Below are positions 18,795-24,461 of a stretch of 32,457 nt of DNA, piece by piece. The translations under genes and the position numbers were made by a program. The DNA is from an uncultured Gammaproteobacteria bacterium (GTDB lineage Bacteria > Patescibacteriota > Patescibacteriia > Magasanikbacterales > GWA2-37-8), in contig CAYUTM010000002.1 of the NCBI GenBank assembly GCA_964447755.1, forward strand, positions 8,992-41,448. Reading direction: 5' to 3'. Position 1 is the stretch's first letter. Every line of letters starts with the position of its first letter. The notes beneath the pieces are model-generated. The model made no database searches and was not told the DNA's origin. It saw nothing but the letters and a program-made list of their open reading frames with translations.

Positions 18795-19127
18795 TCATTC
18801 TTCATCTGTATATTCCAAAAAAAGTCTTTTTTCAAAAGCGCCGCGCTCTTGTTTTTTCTCTTCTTTTCGTTTGATAATTTCCCGAGAAGTTATATTGCTA
18901 TTTTTAGCAATCGTTTCAATTACTTCCAAAATATCTGCTAATTCGTTAAGAATTTCTTCGTTAGATTTTGCTTCCGCGAGTTCATGCGCTTCCTCGGTCA
19001 ATTTTTTATTGAGAGCAATTCTAAATTCCTCAGTGCTTAACACAGAAATTTTTGGTGTAGCGTTGTTGTTTGTGATTATTTCTGGGATTTTATCGCGGAT
19101 TAATTTGTTGTAGATTTTGCGTGGCAT
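18795..19127 (-). CDS. MazG-like all-alpha NTP pyrophosphohydrolase (house-cleaning NTP-PPase family)
   Basis: 110 aa. IYNKLIRDKIPEII ... EEAHEL ... LNELADILEVIETIA ... RGAFEKRLFLEY matches the KLVRDKIPEII/ELADILEV pattern of this family. Confidence 0.7.
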   Translation of the reverse strand: MPRKIYNKLIRDKIPEIITNNNATPKISVLSTEEFRIALNKKLTEEAHELAEAKSNEEILNELADILEVIETIAKNSNITSREIIKRKEEKKQERGAFEKRLFLEYTDEE

Positions 19128-19376
19128 ATTCTAGTTTTTTATTTGAACAACCTTCTCCGTTAGATAGTAGCAGTTTGTCTTATTGGCAGCAATATTTTGA
19201 GTAAAATATTAGATGGTTTTTTGTGAGGTAGGGTAGTTTTTTGAAAATCATGGCTTTTTTGTCATACTCTTGACGAAATGAGTGTCTGGTGACACAATAA
19301 TTGCTCCTATCAACGCCAAGGTAAAACTTGGCACAAAGCCGCTTTGTAGCGGATAGTAGCAAGGGAGAGTGCTCGA

Positions 19377-19943
19377 ATGATGAAACTGATGGCTCTGGCT
19401 TTTGTGGGTTTGCTGATCACTGTTGGATGTGGTCCGGTTGAAAAATCCCTACCTGTGCAACAGGTGGATATGGGGCAGAAACTTCCAAGCTGCCCAGACC
19501 TTAAGGTTGTGGTGGCTGAGACTGGCAATCCGGTGGGGCGTTTGGTTCAACCAGGTGAACCGGGTTTTGTTGCTTTGAAAAGCACATTTCAAGGCTCTGG
19601 TGACCCAAAGTGTGGTGTGAGGGTTACCCGATTGAAGCTTATCGTCGATGGCACTGCCAATAGTAATGGCATGGCTTGGCAGCAAGATTCGGGGGGTGGA
19701 TCATTTGCATCGAGCGGAATTGTCACCAACAACAAAGTCGATGCTCAGCCTGGGCATCTGGCTCATTTGGGCAATGGAATGTTGGACATGTACTTCCACG
19801 TCATCCCAGATCCGAACGGGGTTGAGGGAACGACATTCCAGTTTGAGTTGGTGGAAGTGGAGTACACCAATCTCACAACTGGCGACAGTCACCTGCTCAA
19901 TGTCGCGATTTACGGAGGTAACTTCATTTACTCGCGGCCATAA
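19377..19943 (+). CDS. Lipoprotein, unknown function (GC-rich island gene 1)
   Basis: 188 aa. N-terminus MMKLMALAFVGLLITVG|CG is a lipobox-like signal. GGGAGAG SD 7 nt upstream. It has its own hairpin terminator at 19979-20005. Confidence 0.6.
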   Translation: MMKLMALAFVGLLITVGCGPVEKSLPVQQVDMGQKLPSCPDLKVVVAETGNPVGRLVQPGEPGFVALKSTFQGSGDPKCGVRVTRLKLIVDGTANSNGMAWQQDSGGGSFASSGIVTNNKVDAQPGHLAHLGNGMLDMYFHVIPDPNGVEGTTFQFELVEVEYTNLTTGDSHLLNVAIYGGNFIYSRP

Positions 19944-19978
19944 GAGCATTCTGCTCGGTCCGTTCTGTTCGCATTTAA

Positions 19979-20005
19979 GCGCCTCCCTCGAGGTGCTGTT
20001 TTATT
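19979..20005 (+). terminator. Intrinsic terminator candidate
   Basis: GCGCCTC-cctc-GAGGTGC (one G.T pair) followed by tgttttatt. Confidence 0.45.
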
Positions 20006-20012
20006 ACGGCAT

Positions 20013-20047
20013 AAAAAAGCAGTCGGTGTTAAACTGACTGCTTTTTT
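20013..20047 (-). terminator. Intrinsic terminator (A-tract/T-tract flanked)
   Basis: GCAGTCGG (20019-20026) pairs with CTGACTGC (20034-20041), flanked by A6 and T6. It lies downstream of the minus-strand gene 20119-20883 and of hairpin copy B. Confidence 0.6.
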
Positions 20048-20051
20048 GTTG

Positions 20052-20089
20052 CCCCGAAGTTGTCACGTGTAGCGTCGGGGGATTCACGG
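20052..20089 (-). repeat. GC-stem hairpin element, copy B (3' UTR position)
   Basis: CCCCGA (20052-20057) pairs with TCGGGG (20075-20080) around a 17-nt loop, followed by GATTCAC. The architecture matches copy A. Confidence 0.5.
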
Positions 20090-20118
20090 CACGAATACGT
20101 GCGTTTGGTAGGAGATGG

Positions 20119-20883
20119 CTATGGCGTCTTGCCGAGCAGTTCGCGGATGTTGATAGTCATAGAGCCTTGCTTTCCACCACGCTCACCACAGATGAGCAGC
20201 TCTTTGGCCATCTCGTGACCGTCCGCGTCGTACATCGGCTCCGCCCATGAGGTGCACCTGAAGGACGGCTCGTTGTCGAATGGACCAAACTTGGTCTGGT
20301 CGATAACGCAGTACCATTCGAAGGTGCCCTCATCGCCTGTCTCGTAGTTCTGCTCCCCTGCGGCATAGACGAGCACGCCCGAGTAGATACGGGCGCTCTC
20401 CGGGTTAACACAATCCCAGTGGAGCATGTGACGCCCGCCATGCACGGCCCCCCACACCTGATCATTATCTTCATTGGTCATCCCGATGAAGAGGGGGTGC
20501 CCGCCAGAGATGCCAACGATCTTCCGAACGAATTCTGGGCCACCATACTCGGTCGTGCCGTAGACCACCACGTTGTTGGTGAAGTAGTCAGTCTCGTCAC
20601 CAGGGAGCTTGGCAACATAGAGCGGCTTACCACCAACAATGTTGACATCGCGGACATCGGGGAAGTACCTCCCTGTGAACTCAGCATAATCCACACGGAT
20701 ACCTCTCTTGGTGGGCACGATCTGGACGCCCTGGATGGGTTTTGCCGGAGAATCGTCCTTTCTGACTTTCATGGAATGGTTGTTTTCGTAATGGTAGATC
20801 CAGTAGGAAAAGCCTCCCAGCTCTTTGAAGTTTGGCTCGGGGTTACGAGAAATGGGGTGGGTAGTAGCATCCGTCGTGGTCAT
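20119..20883 (-). CDS. Orphan 254-aa protein, no recognisable family (GC-rich island gene 2)
   Basis: Strong C/G third-position bias in this frame only. GGAGGA SD 6 nt from the ATG and a TTGACA-17-TATGTT promoter about 100 nt upstream. No signal peptide. Confidence 0.7.
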   Translation of the reverse strand: MTTTDATTHPISRNPEPNFKELGGFSYWIYHYENNHSMKVRKDDSPAKPIQGVQIVPTKRGIRVDYAEFTGRYFPDVRDVNIVGGKPLYVAKLPGDETDYFTNNVVVYGTTEYGGPEFVRKIVGISGGHPLFIGMTNEDNDQVWGAVHGGRHMLHWDCVNPESARIYSGVLVYAAGEQNYETGDEGTFEWYCVIDQTKFGPFDNEPSFRCTSWAEPMYDADGHEMAKELLICGERGGKQGSMTINIRELLGKTP

Positions 20884-20890
20884 GTTTATT

Positions 20891-20959
20891 CCTCCAATTG
20901 GTATTACGGGTGGTTCCAGTCTTTTCCAAAGACTTGAATCACCCGTTTACATAAGGAGG
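20891..20959 (-). promoter_or_regulatory. Structured 5' leader with candidate anti-SD/SD pairing
   Basis: Composite hairpin at 20901-20950: GTA/TAC, ACGGGTG/CACCCGT and AGTCTTT/AAAGACT around a tcc loop. It is bracketed by CCTCC (20891-20895, the SD on the minus strand) and GGAGG (20955-20959, the anti-SD on the minus strand). Confidence 0.35.
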
Positions 20960-20982
20960 TATTTCACTTTAAAGAACTAGAC

Positions 20983-21011
20983 AACATATCACAAAATTAC
21001 AGCTTTGTCAA
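20983..21011 (-). promoter_or_regulatory. Sigma70-like promoter candidate (TTGACA-17-TGaTATGTT on the minus strand)
   Basis: The reverse complement of 21006-21011 is TTGACA and that of 20983-20988 is TATGTT, with a 17-nt spacer and a TG extension. Confidence 0.5.
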
Positions 21012-21185
21012 CCTTGATCTGTGGCTAAAATTAGCCAAATAGCTAGGTATGGTGTTTTACCACCATCAGCATCTCCGCCAACCTTAGTCATCAACCACTG
21101 AACAAAAAAGCGAATTTGCTCACGCACTGACGCGAAACCTGGTCTTGAAAGACAAAAAGTCAGTTTTTCCAAGCCAAAAACGGCC

Positions 21186-21214
21186 TTGACAAATCATCAA
21201 ATTTGTACTAAAAT
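21186..21214 (+). promoter_or_regulatory. Sigma70-like promoter candidate (TTGACA-17-TAAAAT)
   Basis: TTGACA at 21186-21191, an exact 17-nt spacer, and TAAAAT at 21209-21214. It lies about 110 nt upstream of the ATG at 21327. Confidence 0.55.
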
Positions 21215-21326
21215 TAGATGTTATTTTAACAATTATGTTCGTTGTAATTAGCGAATTTACTTGTGAAAGTAACGTTATCTGGTAATACATCAATGCCGAT
21301 AAAATCGGTAGAAAGGTTTCCGAAAC

Positions 21327-21764
21327 ATGCGTTCATTCATTGGCGCTCTCATCCTGGCTGTTCTCACCTTCTTCAGCGCCCCTCGCGCCCATGCCGCCAC
21401 TCAGGCCGATGTGGCTCGGGTGGTGATGCTGGTGAAGAAACACCGCGACCGAGGTGGAGACTACCAGATGGTTTTCCACAATGGAGGTAAGAAGTACACC
21501 CTCTGGTATGCTGAGGGTGGTACGGTGGCAAAAGTGCTGTCGATCTGGGTCAAGTCGGCGGGGGGTCAAGAGGTGAATTTTTCCGACCGTGGTACAGACG
21601 GCGTCGTTGACTTCGGCGTCAATGGGAAAAGGACCCAGAAAGTGGTGGAAATGCAACTTTGTGATTCTGAGCGTCAGATCGGGAGTGAGTTCTGCCACTA
21701 CTGGCAGGATCAATATGACCAGGCCATCAGCGCCGCGCTGGCGAGCCTAGCTCGCCAAAAGTAA
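21327..21764 (+). CDS. Secreted small protein, unknown function (GC-rich island gene 3)
   Basis: 145 aa with a signal peptide (MRSFIGALILAVLTFFSAPRAHA|AT). Coding lines are very GC-rich. Confidence 0.65.
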   Translation: MRSFIGALILAVLTFFSAPRAHAATQADVARVVMLVKKHRDRGGDYQMVFHNGGKKYTLWYAEGGTVAKVLSIWVKSAGGQEVNFSDRGTDGVVDFGVNGKRTQKVVEMQLCDSERQIGSEFCHYWQDQYDQAISAALASLARQK

Positions 21765-21865
21765 GCGCGAACCACCGCCTACAAACAAGCGGGTGGGGGC
21801 GCTTGCACTTGGCCTCTACTCGTTATAGTTATAAAATATTGTAGCCATAACGAGGACCATGTGCA

Positions 21866-21900
21866 AAAACAAAAATACCACAATTAATGTGGTATTTTTG
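21866..21900. terminator. Bidirectional intrinsic terminator between island gene 3 and tRNA-Pro
   Basis: ATACCACA (21875-21882) pairs with TGTGGTAT (21888-21895), flanked by A-rich and T-rich runs. Confidence 0.65.
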
Positions 21901-21926
21901 TTTGTAAATCAATATTTTTTGATCCG

Positions 21927-22000
21927 TCGGGCTGACAGGACTTGAACCTGCGATCTCTTGCACCCCATGCAAGCGCGATAGCCAACTTCGCTACAGCCCG
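21927..22000 (-). tRNA. tRNA-Pro (anticodon GGG)
   Basis: The 74-nt reverse complement folds by hand as a cloverleaf: acceptor CGGGCTG/CAGCCCG, D stem GCGA/TCGC, anticodon stem CTTGC/GCAAG with loop AT-GGG-GT (U33, G37), T stem GCAGG/CCTGT with loop TTCAAGT, and discriminator A. No CCA is encoded. Confidence 0.9.
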
Positions 22001-22269
22001 ATGTTAATATTTTCATCTATAATTTTGAAAAAACCATTTTTAATATCTCTTTCCAATGCACCATGACTTCGTTTATATTTATGCTCAATTACTCGTGCTT
22101 CTCCCAAAGACTCTGTCTCGCGGTAACCAATCAGCTTGAGCGGTCTTCGATATTTTGTTGATTCAACTTTTCCATTTTCATGTAATTTAAAACGGGCAAA
22201 TACATCCGGGGTTGAGCCGATGTAGTTTTTAAGATCCTTTAAACTTTTGAGCAAATAAACGTATGCCAT
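21991..22269 (-). CDS. Small GIY-YIG (URI domain) nuclease
   Basis: 92 aa from the ATG at 22269. YVYLLKS-x11-YIGST, R..LHENG and E in IEHKYK match the GIY-YIG signature. The last three codons and the TAG stop lie inside the first 10 nt of tRNA-Pro. Confidence 0.75.
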   Translation of the reverse strand: MAYVYLLKSLKDLKNYIGSTPDVFARFKLHENGKVESTKYRRPLKLIGYRETESLGEARVIEHKYKRSHGALERDIKNGFFKIIDENINIGL

Positions 22270-22276
22270 ATTTTTT

Positions 22277-22354
22277 TTGCACCCCGCCGGGCAGAGCCCT
22301 CTGGGCGGCGCCCTCTTAGGCAGAGCCCTCTGGGCGGCGCCCGCCGGGCAGAGC
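22277..22354. repeat. Tandem GC-rich palindromic repeats (2.5 copies)
   Basis: The 24-nt core ggcagagccctctgggcggcgccc occurs at 22290-22313 and 22319-22342, with a partial copy at 22343-22354. CAGAG/CTCTG and GGCGG/CCGCC segments can form hairpins. Confidence 0.8.
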
Positions 22355-22427
22355 AGCCAGTATGAAGGCGTCCTATAGAGGATGAATTCGTTGAGCTCAT
22401 TTAGACTATAATAACCAAAGAATCTTA

Positions 22428-22498
22428 TTGCACCCCTCCGGGCAGAGCCCTCTGGGCGGCGCCCATGCAAGCGCGATAGCCAACTTCGCTACAGCCCG
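22428..22498 (-). pseudogene. Disrupted tRNA-Pro copy: 5' half plus anticodon stem, with a GC-rich repeat inserted in the anticodon
   Basis: In tRNA sense it reads CGGGCTGTAGCGAAGTTGGCTATCGCGCTTGCATGGG, then the insert CGCCGCCCAGAGGGCTCTGCCCGGA, then GGGGTGCAA. The insert is flanked by a CCC/GGG microduplication. The sequence downstream resembles a T-arm only weakly. Confidence 0.6.
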
Positions 22499-22555
22499 GT
22501 ATGTCTTTCTATAGAACATGAAGAATACTACGTATCACATTAAAATAGGCAAAAT

Positions 22556-22810
22556 TTATTTTTTTAAAACCTGATTTTTATTTTGTGTCTTAATGATAAA
22601 CAAAATAGTTACGTAAATAATTAATGCTGCCAAGATTAGTAGTGTTATAGGGAAACCCCAGCAACCCAAAAGGTTTGTTTGACAACCATTCATATTTTTT
22701 ATATCTGCTTCATATCCGGCTCTGAAGTTTTCGCCCGCAGTTAATATTAACATAATCAATAGAACTGAAATGATAATAGAATGTTTTTTTGTATTTTTAG
22801 TCAAATTCAT
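22556..22810 (-). CDS. Small two-helix membrane protein, unknown function
   Basis: 84 aa with two clear hydrophobic helices and only a weak SD. Confidence 0.4.
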   Translation of the reverse strand: MNLTKNTKKHSIIISVLLIMLILTAGENFRAGYEADIKNMNGCQTNLLGCWGFPITLLILAALIIYVTILFIIKTQNKNQVLKK

Positions 22811-22884
22811 AGATTCCGTTTTAAAAACTTTATTTTCCCAGCAAGTCTATCATATTAAAACCGGCTTTTCAAGCCAAAAATGAT

Positions 22885-24393
22885 ATGATAGAGTATCTTA
22901 AATTAAGAGTTATTAATTTTTGCGTTGTGTCTTCCTCCTTATCTACCATCCTCAAAAAAATCACCACACTCTCCAAAAAAGAGAAAACTCCTGTGTACAT
23001 CGTTGGTGGGTACGTGCGGGATTTTTTATTACAGCGTTTGCAGAAAAAAGATCTGGATTTTGTCGTGCTCGGCAGCGGGCTGGAATTTGCCAAAAAATTG
23101 GATGAAACCTTAAAGCAAGCGGGGAGTTTAATAGAGTTCCCGGACTTTGATACTGCGCGTTATTTAATTGGGGAAGGCGAGGATAGGGTAGAGCTAGAAT
23201 TTGCCGGAGCGCGCACCGAGTCATATTCGCCGGATTCAAGAAAGCCAAAAGTAGAACAAACTACCTTGGACGAAGATTTGAAGCGTCGTGATTTTACCGT
23301 CAATGCCATGGCTTTGCCAATAGATGTGTTGGAAAAAATGTTGTCTGGTAAATCATCGATAGAAACATTCCAAAAACATCTCATCGACCCATTTGATGGG
23401 CAAAAAGATTTGGCTGAAAAGATTTTACGAACTCCACTTGACCCTGACGTTACTTTTAAAGAAGACCCGCTGCGCATGTTTCGTGCTATTCGTTTTGCGG
23501 CACAGCTAAATTTTTCTATTGAATTAAAAACCTTGGAATCAATTTACCAAAATCGTGAGCGAATAAAAATTGTGTCCATGGAGCGCGTGCAAGAAGAATT
23601 ACTAAAACTATTTTCATGCGCTCAACCATCTATTGGCTTGGTACTTTTATTCCAAACCCAACTGATGGACATAATCTTGCCCGAAATTTCTGCTCTTGAT
23701 GGAGTAGAGGATGTGTACGGCCATTCGCACAAAAACAATTTAACTCATACGTTCAAAGTTGTAGACAACATTGCGGAGCGCTCGAATAACGTGTGGTTGC
23801 GTTTGGCTGGTTTTTTTCATGACATTGGCAAACCGCCTACCAAAAAATTTCTACCCAAAATCGGCTGGACCTTCCATGCCCATGAATTTGTGGGAAGAAA
23901 AATGATGCGCGTGATTGGTAAACGATTGCGTTTGGCAAATGATAAAACTGATTACTTGTCAAAACTCATTCGTTGGCACATGCAACCTATTAGCTTAATG
24001 GATAAAGGAATTACCGATTCTGCGGTGCGCCGATTGATTGTAAATGTGGGTGAGGAGATTGAAGATTTGTTAGTTTTGGGTCGCAGCGACATTACCACCG
24101 GCAACCCATTTAAAAAAGAAAATCGTTTAAAGAATTATGATTGGCTTGAAACACGAGTAGCGGAAGTAATTGAAAAAGATAAGCTCCGCGCATTCCAATC
24201 ACCGGTGCGGGGCGAGGAAATTATGGCAGTTTGTGGTCTCAAACCAGGGCCAACGGTAGGAAAAATTAAAAAAGCCATTGAGGAGGCAATTTTGAACGGT
24301 GTGGTGCCCAATGATCACGACCCGGCTTTTGAATATTTTGCCTCAATAAAAGACTCTTTTTTAAAAAACATTGCAGCGTGGGAAAAGGCTTAA
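22885..24393 (+). CDS. cca: CCA-adding tRNA nucleotidyltransferase with HD domain
   Basis: 502 aa. VYIVGGYVRDFLL, KDLDFVV, RRDFTVNA and the HD motif FFHDIGKP. This fits the neighbouring tRNA lacking an encoded CCA. Confidence 0.8.
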   Translation: MIEYLKLRVINFCVVSSSLSTILKKITTLSKKEKTPVYIVGGYVRDFLLQRLQKKDLDFVVLGSGLEFAKKLDETLKQAGSLIEFPDFDTARYLIGEGEDRVELEFAGARTESYSPDSRKPKVEQTTLDEDLKRRDFTVNAMALPIDVLEKMLSGKSSIETFQKHLIDPFDGQKDLAEKILRTPLDPDVTFKEDPLRMFRAIRFAAQLNFSIELKTLESIYQNRERIKIVSMERVQEELLKLFSCAQPSIGLVLLFQTQLMDIILPEISALDGVEDVYGHSHKNNLTHTFKVVDNIAERSNNVWLRLAGFFHDIGKPPTKKFLPKIGWTFHAHEFVGRKMMRVIGKRLRLANDKTDYLSKLIRWHMQPISLMDKGITDSAVRRLIVNVGEEIEDLLVLGRSDITTGNPFKKENRLKNYDWLETRVAEVIEKDKLRAFQSPVRGEEIMAVCGLKPGPTVGKIKKAIEEAILNGVVPNDHDPAFEYFASIKDSFLKNIAAWEKA

Positions 24394-24406
24394 TATAGCG
24401 CTTTTA

Positions 24407-24436
24407 TTTGACAAAATAGTCAAAGTATGATAAATA
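24407..24436 (+). promoter_or_regulatory. Promoter candidate (TTGACA-17-TAAATA) overlapped by the inverted repeat TTTGAC-N6-GTCAAA
   Basis: TTGACA at 24408-24413 and TAAATA at 24431-24436. The perfect 6-bp inverted-repeat arms are at 24407-24412 and 24419-24424. Confidence 0.35.
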
Positions 24437-24461
24437 TGAATAATCATACTTTTATTATTTT

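Larger units (their letters stand above)
19290..21815. other. GC-rich compositional island (three orphan genes) next to the tRNA-Pro 3' end
   Basis: Hand counts give 34/60 G+C at 20161-20220 and 41/60 at 21361-21420, versus 18/60 at 9241-9300. Many overlapping stop-free shadow ORFs in the track are typical of GC-rich DNA. Confidence 0.75.
21964..22498 (-). mobile_element. Candidate GIY-YIG mini-cassette bounded by 37-bp perfect direct repeats of the tRNA-Pro 5' half
   Basis: Positions 21964-22000 and 22462-22498 are identical (cccatgcaagcgcgatagccaacttcgctacagcccg). The interval between them carries only the GIY-YIG gene and GC-rich repeats. Confidence 0.45.

Noticed and set aside
18620-18835. 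The N-terminal extension of the 194-aa track ORF (18251-18835).
   Set aside because: It overlaps the 3' end of the MazG-like gene. The internal ATG at 18619 has a GAGGAGG SD and a TTGACA-17-TATATT promoter inside the supposed extension.
20928-20941. gacttgaatc in the island resembling the tRNA T-arm segment gacttgaacc, as a possible distal att repeat.
   Set aside because: Only 9 of 10 nt match and there is no extension of similarity on either side. That is too short to distinguish from chance.
21022-21035. The shared 11-mer GGCTAAAATTA between the island intergenic region (21023-21033) and the flank of the GC-rich insert (27639-27649), as a possible common operator or att site.
   Set aside because: An exact 11-mer recurrence is expected many times by chance in 32 kb of AT-rich DNA.
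19310-21713. Many additional long ORFs in the GC-rich island (19310-19528 -, 19449-19685 -, 19648-20037 +, 19701-19949 -, 20157-20474 -, 20419-20937 +, 20478-20696 -, 21263-21490 +, 21333-21713 -).
   Set aside because: They overlap the three better-supported frames and lack an SD or sensible start context. They also do not show the G/C third-position bias seen in the chosen frames. Stop-poor shadow ORFs are expected in GC-rich DNA.
22390-22436. A decayed 3' half of the upstream tRNA copy (GGGGTGCAATAAGATTCTTTGGTTATTATAGTC... versus GGGGTGCAAGAGATCGCAGGTTCAAGTCC...).
   Set aside because: Beyond the first 9 nt only scattered blocks align (AGAT, GGTT, GTC), and they need several gaps. This is suggestive of an old pseudogene but too weak to annotate.
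22277-22464. The GC-rich repeats as a CRISPR array.
   Set aside because: There are only about 3.5 copies. Two are separated by 5 nt and one by about 100 nt, so there is no regular repeat-spacer periodicity. No cas genes are present.
22270-22470. The N-terminal 67 codons of the 159-aa track ORF (21991-22470).
   Set aside because: This part is a read-through of the GC-rich repeats and the tRNA fragment (PAGAAQRALPKRAPPRGLCPAG...). The GIY-YIG domain begins exactly at the internal ATG at 22269 (MAYVYLLKS).
21927-22498. A group I intron (with a GIY-YIG homing endonuclease) interrupting the tRNA anticodon loop, or a split tRNA.
   Set aside because: The downstream tRNA copy is complete and uninterrupted. 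The structure is 5' half, cassette, then full tRNA, not 5' half, intron, then 3' half. About 200 nt of non-ORF sequence is short for a group I core, and I could not identify conserved P/Q/R/S-type elements by eye. This was not excluded computationally.
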